Notes: generated by a model from the letters alone, not told the origin. Counted from the first letter of the whole stretch, positions 1-13,490 are shown. The stretch: 59,947 nucleotides of DNA, filler included, from Platydemus manokwari (GCA_037951405.1; 5 parts of 5 records of this genome joined end to end with filler, not necessarily neighbours in it), one strand, 5' to 3'. Numbers and translations are program-made.

Positions 1-732
1 CATCAAAGTGTGTTTTACATGATCACTATAAGACTTGTGCGTGCATCCTAGTACAGTCATTTCTGCATTTTAATGGGCATATCATATATTTCAGGATTTT
101 AATTTTTAGACATTTTATAATCGATAATGAATAATTTTTGAATTCTACAACAAAGGAATTTTATAATCTTATTTTCATTAGAAAATGCTAAGAAGAATAT
201 TTTATTGCCATTAAGATAAAAATTGGCAATAATACTCACACGTATTATCATTTTTAAATACAAATATATCTAATGAATTATTGGATTCTGTAAATAAGTA
301 GGCTATAGAATTCATTTTGAAGCGTAATAGTTTGGGTTATTTTACAACAGAAATATGTATGAGATATAAATATAAGCATACCACAATCCGATTTGCCCAA
401 TTTGAAGCGACACGTGTCACCAAGGGCGTATTTTTGTATGACATATGTTTTGAATTTTTACAAATATACTTGTGCAAATAAAAAAATAGCAATGATAAAT
501 ACAGTATCGATATTTTGCCTGTTAATGATATTTTCTGGATAATAGCTTTTATAATGGAAAATATCCATTATCAGAAATCAAATAAACCTATTTATTATTG
601 CTAGAATTAGGAATTAAAAATGATAACTCGGAAGAGCCAATATAATTTTATGTATCATTTAAAAAGACCAATATTATGCAAATAAATTTTGATTTATTGG
701 AAATGTTAAAGAAAATCTATTTATCATTCCAG

Positions 733-2530
733 GAAAAGTCATTAACCACTGGCCTTGTAATCCTGAAAAAACCTTGATTGCACATCTACCTGATGAAAGA
801 TTGATAATAAGCTATGGGTCTGGTTATGGAGGAAATTCTTTATTGGGTAAAAAGTGCTTCGCTTTACGGATTGCAGGTAGAATCGCATATGATGAAGGGT
901 GGATGGCTGAACACATGCTGGTAAGATTTATTTACATAAAAATACTATTTTCAATCACCAAATCTAAACAACTAGATTATGTCTGTGACTAATCCGAAAG
1001 GAGAAGAAAAGTTCATTGCTGCAGCATTTCCTAGTGCATGTGGCAAGACAAACATGGCAATGTTAGAACCATCATTGCCTGGATGGAAAGTTCAAGTTGT
1101 TGGCGATGATATTGCTTGGATGAGATTCGATGAACACGTAATTATCTTGATGGTAGAAATTATCTCATTGTGAAATCTAGGGGGTTTTGCATGCTATTAA
1201 TCCTGAAGCAGGTTTCTTTGGAGTGGCGCCTGGTACAAATTACAAAACAAATCCAAATGCTATGAAAACATTTCAAAAAAATAGCATCTTTACAAATGTA
1301 GCTGAAACTAGTGACGGAGGTTATTATTGGGAAGGAATGGAAGATGAAGTTGACCGAGTAATTACTTTGTTTTTGTATCCTTTATATTTTTAGCCAAATG
1401 ATATCATTTAGAATCTAGAAATAACTTCGTGGTTGGGCGAAAAAGTGAAAGTAGGAGATAAATCTAAGGGACCAGCAGCTCATCCTAATTCAAGATTTTG
1501 CTGTCCTGCTAGGCAATGCCCCATAATACACCCTGCTTGGGAAGATCCAAAAGGTGTACCAATTTCTGCTTTAGTCTTTGGTGGTAGAAGACCAGAGGGT
1601 ATTCCTCTCATATTGCAATCATTTAATTGGAAACACGGTGTTATGCTGGGTGCATCACTGAAGTCGGAAGCAACAGCAGCAGCAGAATTCAAAGGTGCTT
1701 TTCTATTAGTTGTTATTAATATTATGCTCACTTTAGGCAAGCAAATAATGCACGATCCAATGGCGATGCGTCCGTTTATGGGTTACAATTTCGGTAAATA
1801 TCTCCAACACTGGCTTGATTTGGAGAAACCTGGACGCAAAATGCCTCTTATTTTCCATGTCAATTGGTTCCGATTGAACAGTAAGGGAAAATTTGTATGG
1901 CCTGGATTCGGTGATAATATCAGAGTTATTGATTGGATGTGTCGACGAGTAAATGGGGAAGATATTGCAGAACACAGTCCTATAGGATTGATACCAAAGC
2001 AAGGTAAAATAATTAATATCTGTATTTTTTAAAAATAAATTTTAATAATATAATTAATAATAATATTATTATTATTATTATAGTTTGCCTATAAATAGAA
2101 ATATGAGAATTATTAATTAATAATTGAAATATTTTGATCAACTTTCTTGTAACACAAAAATCGGTAACAACAAAACCAAACTTAAGGAATATAGATGATC
2201 ATGTAAAGGACGTGGTTACAAAATGTACGATAATGTGAAAACCAAGAACTTCGGAACTTCGAATATTTATTTAAATAATAAATAAATTATTCTTCACAGA
2301 ATGATTGCTTATAATGGAAGGAATTTACAAATTATATTTTTCATTAAGGAACCATTGACATTAAAGGTATCACTGTCAATTGGGAAGAGATGTTCAATAT
2401 GCCAAAAGAGTATCTTTATGACGACATTCAAGAGACCAAGAAATTTCTCCGAGAACAAACCGGCGAAGATTTACCTAGTGGAATTATTAAAGAGCTAGAC
2501 GAGCAGGAACAACGAATTAGTAAAATGTAG
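733..2530 (+). CDS. PCK: Phosphoenolpyruvate carboxykinase [GTP], 3' part (5' exons lie upstream of the window)
   Basis: Exons 733-920, 976-1137, 1181-1357, 1412-1694, 1737-2003 and 2349-2530 join in frame across GT-AG introns of 55, 43, 54, 42 and 345 nt. Motifs: [70 protein letters not shown]. Stop TAG at 2528-2530. Confidence 0.97.
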
Positions 2531-5080
2531 ATGTATAGGGTGCTGCATAGTTTATCACTATAGCTTTTATTTGTAGTGACATTTTGCTATGACAGTTTTT
2601 CTTTTTATAGCCCTGAGATGCAACATTTGTAACATTTCTTTTATTAATGGCTTATAATAATAATGAGTCATAATGGTGTTCTTTGTGGTGATTTTTTTAT
2701 ATATTTTGGCATTTAATAGGATTTTAAAAAAATTTGACGATAATTCAGTAAAATTCATATTTTCGATTATGTATCCAATATTTTATCTAATTGGAATAAA
2801 TAACTAACATTTTCAATTATTGAAGCACATTAGATTTTGTGATTTTGCTTTAAGTGATATAACTAATATAAAATCACATACTCATGATTACTAATAATAA
2901 ATTTAAGCAAATATGTCAATGTTTCGAATTAACCAGTAATCTAATCTGGGAGTAGTCAATTCTCAATATCAATCAGTTAACCATTATAATCTTTACAATT
3001 TATTTTTGGAATTGGTATTTCTAATTTTCTCAATTGAGAAGACTCATAAATCATCAGTTCAATTAGGCAATTCTAATTCAAATCCACAAGATATTATCGA
3101 TGATTCAAACCGTTAATTAATTATAAGTTGTTAAAAGCCAATAATTGATGTTTCCACCAAGGATCTGACAACTAACAGATAATTAGACGCATGCTACTAA
3201 TACAAATAAATAACAACGAACAACATAATATTTTTATTGATTATAATAATAATTAACAAACGTGTAATGCGTGATTTTGAAAGGAGTAGCGTTGTGACCT
3301 CAAGAGTAAAAAAAATTTGATTGAGGATATTAAGTGGCTCCTTACTTCGATGTAAAAATTATGAATTAAAAATTCCAACAAATTCTTTTCAGACTTTGTG
3401 GAGATCGCAGTTAACATTTCTCAACTCAGAGATTGATGAAGAAAAATCAATGATATGAATAACAATAATAGTAATTACCATTGTCGTAAAGTTTAGATAA
3501 TGAAAAATCCAAGTTGAATAATGAATGAATATTTCGAACTGATTCTGATATCATATGCGTAAATTGAACTGAACCGACATAATGCAAATGATAATTTAAA
3601 ATTCGTAAATCCACTTGGCGTAAAGTACGAGAAAATTTTGTGCAAATGACTGCTGATAGCTTTTTTAAAATACTATTTCAGATTGTGGGAGTTTCTAGTA
3701 TGTATTACTCATTTTATGTTTTCCGTAACAATTTTCTACGTTGCCATAGTGATTTGAAATTTAATTTCGAATTACTATGTTTACGCTTAGTATTTCTATG
3801 GCAATGTGAATTAATCATATTTACTAATTTATTTTCATAAAATTTTACTGTCGCTCACGATATAATTATATATTTATAATTTTTTTAAAATATTTATCTA
3901 TAATTACATGCCTTTATTTCTAATTGTTGTATTTGATTATTAAAAAATACCTATATGAGTTTATATGGATATCCAACAAAATTTGATATGTTATTTCATT
4001 GATAAATCTTTTAATAAGTGTTTAAGAGAAATAATGATTAAAATTCTGTGATTAAATTTGCACAAGATTGTTAATTGAATCATCTAGTATTACAACAATA
4101 TTGAAATTTTGTCTTTCGAAACATAACAGTAAAACGAGAGTTTAAGCCTTTCTTTTCAGATCAATAGAATCAAATAACTAATCAAAATGCTGGAATTCAT
4201 GTATTCATTGATCAGTGAAATGCAATCTTTGAAATCAATGCTCAATGATATTTTTATAAAGGCAAATTATTAGAATTTGCTAACATCGATAAACGGTTTT
4301 TGTCATCCAATGAAATGAATGTTTATGTCAAAATGTTTTACTGAAATAAAATTTTACCGACAATTATTAATTTGAATTCTCAATAGAATTTCAAAAACAA
4401 TAGATTTTCAATTTTTTATGATTTTATCGAGGAATAATTTTGAATAGATAATGTTGATATTTGTACATTTGATATCACTAAAATAAGACTGTCAGGCTCA
4501 TCCATAGAACTATTATAGATTATTTGTTTATTTTACTTATTTAATGTCAGTGCTATCTTTTGCTATTTACTCTAATAAGAATTTAGTTTCTTGTTGTTAA
4601 GATGACTTTTTATTTGTTATCTTGTGGTGACTTCTAAATCATTTATAATTTAATTTTGTTTATAATATATGCAAGCTTTTATTTGATATCAAACACCATT
4701 CAAACTACATCCACAGTAACTCTATATGAATATAATATCAGAGGAAAACAGTATGAATACAGAATTATCCAATTATCGTTTGTATGCTTCTTAATAATTA
4801 AATAAATAATGGCTATATATATGTGTGTGTATTAAGGAGCTATTTATCAAAATATGAATAAGAAATTATTTTACATTGTGTTCAATGTGAGATCTTTCAG
4901 TCTCTCTTATACTCCGACCAATTCCACTGTGACAAAGTTATCATTTTCTTTTATTTCGGTCTTTTCAGAGCTCACAATTTGACACGAGAGTGATCAAATG
5001 TTAAAAGAAAATTAGTGAAATCGATGTATTTATGAAAGATTACAAATTTTTATCACATCGTATTTTTGAATTTCCAGGAT

Positions 5081-8000
5081 TTACTGCTCATTCTTCGCGA
5101 AACGCTGATATTCAGAAGCTAGGGATTTTAATTTGTCAAGTGCATTATTGAATTCGTTTTCTTGTAATCCTTCTTCAGCATACCAGTGAAGAAAAGCCTT
5201 TTGCGATAACATGCTTGAAAACTTTTCCGCCAAGCGAACAAATGAATCCTGAATAGCTGTGGTGTTCCCGATGAACGTTGCGCACATACAGCAACCAGGT
5301 GGAGCTACATCACACATAGCTGTAGACACATTGCTTGGTAACCATTCTATGAAATTTTCGCTCAACTTTGCTTGCATTTGAAGCATTTCTTCTTCAACTT
5401 CCTGTTTGTAATAAATTTATGAATCGATAAATAATTGTTGAATTTTTCTTTACTTTTGTGCTTACAATTCCTCTAAAAACTACCGCAGTTGACAGATACT
5501 TGCCTTGTGTAGTGTCACAGGATGCCATCAAATTATTCGGATGCAAGAGTTGATGCAAAAGGCTTGAAACGTTTTTGACCACGTGTTCACAATTGTCTTG
5601 TGGTGCCAGGGGTGCGTAACTCGTTACCAAGAAATGTAACTTGGGAAACGGAATCATGTTTACTGATAATTTTCTGAGATCAGCATTTAACTGACCTGGA
5701 AATCTAAGGCAAGTAGTTACTCCGGACATGCTAGCACAAACAAGCTGATTCAAATCACCGTATGTAGGTTCATCTACTTTCATCGTTTCTATACATATAT
5801 TGCACAACGCCTCGTTGTCAAGAACGAATGTCAGGTCACTACTTTCCATTAATTGTTCAACAGATAATGTTGTGTTGTACGGTTCTACTACGACATCGGA
5901 TATCTATATAATATTTTATTCTTAAACCCTTCTATATTTTTAAATTACTTTTTCGGATGGAAATATTGAAAAGTTGCACATGATTTTTTCAGAAAAATTT
6001 TCTTTAATTTTATTTGTCAAAAGGCAACCTAAACCAGATCCAGTGCCTCCGCCCAGAGAGTGGATCATTTGAAATCCCTAGAAATATTATCATTTTCTAT
6101 CTAAAACCAATAATTTGATATAATAAATACGAAGTTATGTAAAACCTTGGAGCGAAATAGATGAGAAAATAATTCAAAACGATTTAAAAAGTTATATTAA
6201 GTATGATTTCCAGGTTTTTACAGAAATTTACAACGAATATACAGCTCAATATTAATATTTATAGTAATAATAAGTTAAAATTTTGGTAAATAAAATAAAA
6301 TAAATTATTAATTAAAATAAAATGTGGTGCCATGAATTTCATTAAAAAACGAATTCAAATCAAGCAAAAATATACTGCAAGAAATAAAAGCTACCCAACT
6401 TTACCCAATAACTACTATAGTAGCACTTTACATGTCTAAAAAGTAATTTGTGTACTGCAATATTAAGATATGTTGGAATTAATATTATGGATATTGAAAA
6501 TCAACCTTTTTAGCAATTTTATTGGATAATTATTTCACTACTTCAAAGAAATTTCCCTTAGTTGGGTAAGCAGCGAGGCTGCTTCTTGTTTCCACCATTG
6601 GAGTTGTGCGGATAAAATTAATAACCAATTGTAAATAGAACAACAGGTGTATTTACAACGTTTTGATTGTGTCTTTATCTTTCCTGAAACGTCTGAGTAT
6701 CATGTAGTCTCAAAATCTTTAATAATGTATAAAATTAGTATTTTTATGCTGAAAAATTTAAAGGTTATAGTTTTAATATTATTAATAATTAAGGGAAATA
6801 ATATTAAAATATGAGTCTTTAATTATTAGTCGCACAGAAACAATTAATGACAAGAGCCACTGATAACATATAGTCAACCAGGAAAAAATTCTAAATTCCT
6901 TAGAATAGAGTTATTCCATGCGATTTACATATGACACCGACTGACATAAAGACCAGTGAAAGAATCAGAAGATATACAATTAAATTAAAACGTCAATGCA
7001 GCATTTGGAAAAATTATTATAGGACAAAGTTTAAAGCGATTATTTGCATTAATAAATTGATTTTAATTTAAAAAAACTTGTCTAAACCTATTTGGAAGAA
7101 AAATTTTGAGCCTATATTTCCAATTGGGAAGTTTATTTTATTGTTCATTTCGGGATATTGTTGGAATTCACTATTTATAAAATTGTATATAAGATCTATA
7201 ATAAACAATTAGCGCAAGCCTCTGTGTTATCAATAGGCTCGCTACCACGATTTTTGTCAAAATACTGCTGGATAAGTTAAGTCATTGTTGAGTTGAAATT
7301 GTATTGATCGAAAATCAACATTAAAATCAAATTATTAATTTTTCACCCTAATTTTAATAATTAAAAAAATCATTCAAGGAGTATTGTGTTTAGAAAACTA
7401 GATTATCGAATTTTATCATTAGACAAAATAGTGTGGTATCATGAAAGAAATCAAATTTGAGATTTCAGGTATTACAAGGTTATTCGATCAATTTCAACAT
7501 TTTTATCGGGTCATAAATTATTTTGTAGAAGTTTCAAATCAATAGAGATACTTCAATGTTGAGTTGTTATAATTTTTAATAAAGCTTTTATCAAAATCTT
7601 ATCTTAGTGATTTTAATTAAATAGGACGAGAGTTGTTCTCATAAATTAATGTTAGTGTTTGAAAAGTGAATTTTCAATAAGTTATTATTAAGAATGATTT
7701 AATATTAAGCCTATCAATCGTTTTATATCGTGAAAATGGTTATTTACAATGAAAATTAGAACTTATTCTGTTGAGTTCTCATCTTGAACTCAACAAATAG
7801 TTGACAATATGAAGTCAAAAACTAATTTTGTTAATGAATAATTTAAAAACGAATTTGAATTTTCCAAATATAGTGCTTCATGAAAGTGTGGCTCATGAAA
7901 TAATTTTAAATAGGAATTTTGAATGCTTTAGCAAGTTTATTTCGTAATTTTAAACTCTGATAGAAAAGATAGTTAAAATTATTATCGCAAAATACGATAA

Positions 8001-9452
8001 ATTTCATGTCAAATATAATGCTGTCAAGATAATTTAGGCAATGAGTTTTATCAAGATAATTTTAATAATTAATCGAATTTCCAAACAATGATAAGTTTTT
8101 TTAAATAATGATTTCAGTATAAATAACATAAAATATTTATTTTCTTAAATATTGCCACAAAATATTGTTTAATATGATTTTCAAAATTCACCAACCTGCA
8201 ATCGTTCGCATTCATCCAATAGTTTTCTGATGATTTCCAACGTAGCATCAACTAATTCCACCCCATCAGTTAAGTGGCCCTTTGCCCAATTACTGCCAGA
8301 ACCCTGCGTACCGCTGACTACTAGTCCAGGAGAGAAAAAGTTCTTGTGGGAACAGCAAATAATACAATCAATAGTGGAGGGTTCCATATCAACGAATATT
8401 GTTCTAGGTGTATATTTCTGGCCTATCAAAAAATTATTAATTTATAGGAATAGGTAATAATTAAAATTTCTAGTAAAAAATAGCAAGATATTATGTTAAT
8501 CCAAACTCCAATAGTAAAGTAGTATAATTTTATAGAACTAACTCAAGGAACAAATTGAAATTCATCTTTCATATTCAAATTATTTTAATTAATTTGAATA
8601 TCACTCTCAAATCTATTATCAAATTTTAAAATAATTGATTAGATTCTAATATTCCTCACATTTTATATTGAAAATAGCATGATGAGTGATAACATTGCCG
8701 CTAATGACAGTCAGGTAATGCCATTTATTTATCGAGTCGCTACCTATGTTAACAACCGATATCACATCTCTTTCACTATGTTTTCATCAGTTATTACAGC
8801 TGAAGGTACAACGCAGGCATAATTTCGATTTAATTAAATTTTTATGATCACGAGTCTTGAACTCGGTTAAATCACAATTACTTAAAAAGATAATACTACA
8901 CTCGATCGCAACTCTACAGCCTACCAGAATATAGTGCTCGATATTCTCATAAAAATCAATTCGTTCACAGTTTATCCGAATTAAAAATATAATCAACGAA
9001 TAAAGTCGTGTATTACTGAAGTCCCTCACAGGACTCGTGAAAATAAAAGTTGTAGAACACTCAGTAGCAAGACCATAAACGTAAATAATCTATCTGAAAC
9101 CAATACAATTAAAACTTTAATAAAATTAGTTTTGCATTTTCATCTATGTGGAATTTACATGATTCAGAATTTTTAGTTGCTGTTCTCATTTGGGTGATTT
9201 TCTATGATGATTTTAATGATTAATTTTTGATAATACTTTAATATTTATATCTACGGAAATATGAAAATGAAACAAAAAACCATTCACAGCTTAGGACTGA
9301 TTCATTTTGCTGTTCAAAGTAAATTAAGAACGAATATGTTTACTTGCTCCTTCCATAAAATAAACATTGATCTTCTGTAATTGTAGATCTGATCTACCTT
9401 CAAAGTAACCCTCAGGTCCAATACCATGTTCATAAGCTAGCAATTCCCAAAA
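5081..9452 (-). CDS. Divergent beta-tubulin (first exon not found)
   Basis: Exons 9452-9344, 8422-8196, 6077-5949, 5903-5454 and 5401-5081 join in frame. Motifs: [55 protein letters not shown] (beta-type Lys), KAFLHWY. The 109-nt exon matches the conserved beta-tubulin exon 2 boundaries. Confidence 0.9.
6545..6615 (-). mobile_element. Possible hAT transposase dimerisation-domain relic in the tubulin intron
   Basis: Minus strand reads [21 protein letters not shown], resembling the hAT C-terminal L.WW......P.L..IA motif. Short and degenerate. Confidence 0.25.
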
Positions 9453-9605
9453 CTTAAAAAATGAAAATTAAATAATCTAGTTAGTAATATTATAAATATT
9501 GATGATAATTAGCAATAAACAACTGGTTGACATTTTAGTTCATGTCATAATAAACTCAGAAGAGAATATTTAGAAAATTATTTATTATTATTTCTTTATG
9601 CATAA

Positions 9606-12465
9606 CTTTATTCGTGTCATTCGAAACCATCAACAAGCCCGTCCACAACATTTAAGGGTCTCGTGGACCAACAATACTCAATATGCAAAATCATTGTATC
9701 AACACAACTACGGACATCCACATAACACTCCGTCACCATCAACTTTGAACTAGCTATTTAAAAATGTGGTCAAAATTCCGAGATGACGTGTTACCGGTGT
9801 CAACTTCAAATAAACGGCACAGAATCAAGTTGCTGTTAAGCAGTTTAAATGTATCTGAAAACAAGATCTATCTTTTCCTATTTTCCAGAACATGAGTTGT
9901 CTCAAAGCACTTCTTACAAAACCAATAGGATAATCTGCCATCTGAACTTGCTGTCTAATGTTACTGTAGTTTCATCGGAGTAGTTACCCTCTTTAAGCTG
10001 CATCTGGATAAGCACAAGACTGAAAACCTATAAACAAATCAAACAAAATAAATTATCAGTATTCCTTTAAGTAACAAGGATCTTCAGCTTTAATGACTAT
10101 CAAACCCTGAAATCAACGCCTATCTTCTTACAAAACTGTCCAAATTCAGTGACCTCAACTTGTAATCTCCATCATCAACCAAGATTTCGAAACATTCTAC
10201 CGCTCTTTTCCATGCCCAAAGTGACGTCATGGAGAATCGCCTTCTGGTTTATTCACTGGAATGGAAAACATTGGAACCTCTACATCCCTCTGTCAACTCT
10301 GGAATTGATCATAGCACACTTTGCAATTTCATCTCCTCCGCTATTACTAACAGAATTCTCTCCTACTCTTCCTTGACACGATAACAACTCAAACGTCAGA
10401 GAAATTACAATTGCAGAGATTGCAAACACCTTGTAAAATTGTCAAAATTTGCACCGGGCACATACAAAGACTGGAAGACTATTGATTCCGAACAAGCTTT
10501 TCTGCTGGCTTTCTTTAAAAAGATCCTTCGAACAAAGACCATACCGAACCAATGGGAGGAAGGCAGTACCACTCTCCTATTCCAATCAGTCGAACAGTCA
10601 ATCTTACACACCATATCTTCATGGCATCGCATAGCTCTCATGGAGGCATCATACCGAATTTTTGTAATAATCTTGAACCTATGAATACTCAATTGGATTG
10701 AAGCTGGCAACCTTGTCTATTCGAATCAAAGGGGAATGATTGAATCTGACGGATGTGCCGAACACAGCGCCTACCTATTAATCCACAATGCCAGTGACAT
10801 TTACATTGTCATAAATGTGCCAAAGTGCAATTACTATTTCAAAAAATTCAATGAGCAATATTGACCTCATAATATTCGATGAAACAATTCCGGTTATTGC
10901 AAACACCAACTCCTACAAGTACTTGAGAGTTCCATTCGACATTTTAAAGCGAACACCGGTAAACAGCATGCTTTAATCGATCATATCATTCTTTGAACCG
11001 ATTGCAGAGTCTCAAATGTATCCCCCTCAGAGCTTTCAAGCACACAGTGCATTCCTGTGTCCAAGGTTCCCGTTACACTTCAGAATTCAACAGGTTGAAA
11101 TTACTAAACTCGACTCTTGCATTCACTAATAGAGATGATGAACTGACCCAAACCTTCTACAAAAAATTCCTAACAATCTCTCATAAAATACTGAATCTGT
11201 AAGACTCAAAACGCAGTAACAATGACTTCCTCTATTCAGTCGCAAATTCGGGAGAATCACCATATCTACCTAACTGATGGAATACTGCATCCAAAGCATT
11301 GTTTGTGCCTTCAGATTTCTAATAAATCTGGATCATTAATCCAGGTCATTCATCATAGAACACCTAACCAGCCTAATCAAGTACATACTCAAAGAAGCCA
11401 CCAATTTATCAAGTACCCTCCTCTGGATATCAGATAAAATAGCATCTGACAAAAAATTAACTTCTCGACAATCTGGTAGACCAAAGCGAGATTTGCTTAC
11501 AGAAAATTCAGGAAGTTTCAGACTTACTGTGAATTCAATCTTCACAATGATAAAATCCAATCAAAGGTCACTGTCTTGCTGGACAAGATATACTTTTTTC
11601 ATGAAGACAGTCGTGGAAAAGTCTCAAATATATAACGTGATTCATGAACTTCTTAAATCATTGATTCACTATGAAAAAACAAGGAAGGCTAGTCAACTGT
11701 TTTTCCGCTTCTCATTTATCCCATAAGCCATTAAAGAACTTCTATTGGTCACCAAAAGTTTGGATATTCACCCATCAACCTTCTACTGCTCAATTACACA
11801 CCGAATTTATCAACACTCTGCTGGTGCTGTAACACAGAAGAAGAAACTGATACTCATATTTTTATCCACTTCCTGGCTGTTTCAGGACTCGCTTCGAAAC
11901 GTCAAGTGATAATTTGTAGATAATTTAGGAAATCGATACAACACCGTTGGAATAGGCAAGCAAACTATGGCCGGACTTGCTGATAGGAAAAAAAAGTCCA
12001 CATCGTTGATCTCAGGTTTTCTTTCGATTCCTTAATCATGAGAAATATAGATCCTTCGCCAAAGAGATTTGCCAGAAAACTAGATTGGAAGCTCATCTCG
12101 ATGTCATCTGCACCGGTGTACTTAGATCTTTGGGTCCTCACAACGACAAGGTCCTATCAAATAACCGACTTGACAAGAAGCAAATCACGGTTATCTCTGG
12201 GTTTCTAATAACAATATTGCTCAGTGATGCTTATGTGACTTACAAGGCTCAAGGGACCAAAGGAAACAAAAGAATGTCTGTTGAAATCAAGTATTAACTC
12301 TCCAGCAATGACCAGCCAAAATAACAAGAGTATAACATAGCTATTCGGTAATGTTACAAAGAAATAAGAACACTTTAAATGGAGAAATCTTGAATCAGAA
12401 CATCAGATACATCAACCTTAAGAATTCAATTTAAAAGTTGACATGAGGACATGAAGACTAATATA
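9606..12465 (+). mobile_element. Decayed RLE-type non-LTR retrotransposon (NeSL/R2/Utopia-like), antisense and upstream of tubulin exon 2
   Basis: RT N-terminal motifs APG..YKDWK, IPNQWEEGSTTLL, WHRIAL..SYRIF (10439-10684); QRG..DGCAEH (~10727-10765); SYKYLRVPF (~10911-10937); CCHC-like CWCCNTEEETDTHIFIH(F) (~11819-11872); RLE-like KVHIVDLRFSFD (~11993-12030); terminal VICTGVLRSLGPHNDKVL. Many stops and frameshifts. Candidate TSD TTTATGCATAA at 9595-9605 and 12466-12476. Confidence 0.8.
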
Positions 12466-13331
12466 TTTATGCATAATAAATCTCGGAGTGATTTTGAATT
12501 TCTGAGTTTGTGAACTCCATTACATTTAACTGAAGTTCAATTTGCATTTATTTAAACCTAATTTATAAAATTGTCGAGTTTGTAAAATATAAATTTTTAA
12601 AAAATAACTAAAAAATTGTAAATTAATATTATTAGAAAATTTCTGAAAGAACATTAATAATTTACTAAAATCAAAGAATAAAAGTTAATGGATTATTATA
12701 GAATAAATTTTGATGAATCAATTTGATAATCTATTCAGAAACATCATAAAAAGAGATAATTCTTGACAACAACTGTCGGTCTTTCATTGTCGGTAAACTT
12801 AGTATCCGTTGTAATTCTTTGTATGATTATTCTGACGACCAGTCTTTTATTGTCGTCAATTTTTGACGCTTTTTATCTTCCAGGTACTGATACTATTGTG
12901 ATTTAATAATTGACTTTGTTCTGTTAAGTGATTCTTGAATGTGATTTATATTGTAAACGTTGTCAATTTAGTTTTAAGTATATAATTGATATCTATAAAT
13001 ACAACTTTGAATAACAGATGTTAGAATCTAATCTAACACAACTAAATAATGTAATGGTTTTGGAAATCGGTTTGTAAATACATCGATTATGTCAACATAA
13101 AAGATATTAAAAATTGTTCCTATGAAGTTTTGAAAATTTGAATAACATGACGGTTAGAGTTGATTTCAATATTGTAAACAAGAGAGAAAATAAAGGGGAT
13201 TGAGAATTTTTCTACCCCTTCCAAGCAGTAAACTATACTTATATAAATTAACTATTTTTAATGCAAAACACAAATAATGGTAATTAATAGATATCATTTT
13301 AGAAAATAAAACCCATGTATATATATATATA

Positions 13332-13490
13332 ATGGAGGATCATAGACGTACAAAACGGCCTGTTGCGATAGCATTTATAGATATTAGAAGTGCCTTCCCG
13401 AGTGTACCACACAAACTTATGATGAGGATCATGGAAAGGTACGGTATCGGAGATGACTTCATTGGAGTCATCAAAGATATTTATACGAGG
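13332..13490 (+). mobile_element. 5'-truncated non-LTR reverse transcriptase fragment running into the contig end
   Basis: AIAFIDIRSAFPSVPH...YGIGDDFIGVIKDIY matches the D...AFDSV.H RT motif. It starts directly after a (TA)n run at ~13318-13331. Confidence 0.8.

Noticed and set aside
1480-2002. Minus-strand ORFs overlapping PEPCK (also those overlapping the MFS genes at 52214-52654, 54540-54833 and 55494-56133)
   Set aside because: Antisense or alternate-frame shadows with no recognisable motifs.
8680-9080. Solo LTR in the tubulin intron
   Set aside because: Slightly GC-richer with an AATAAA, but no convincing TG...CA ends, TSD or second copy.
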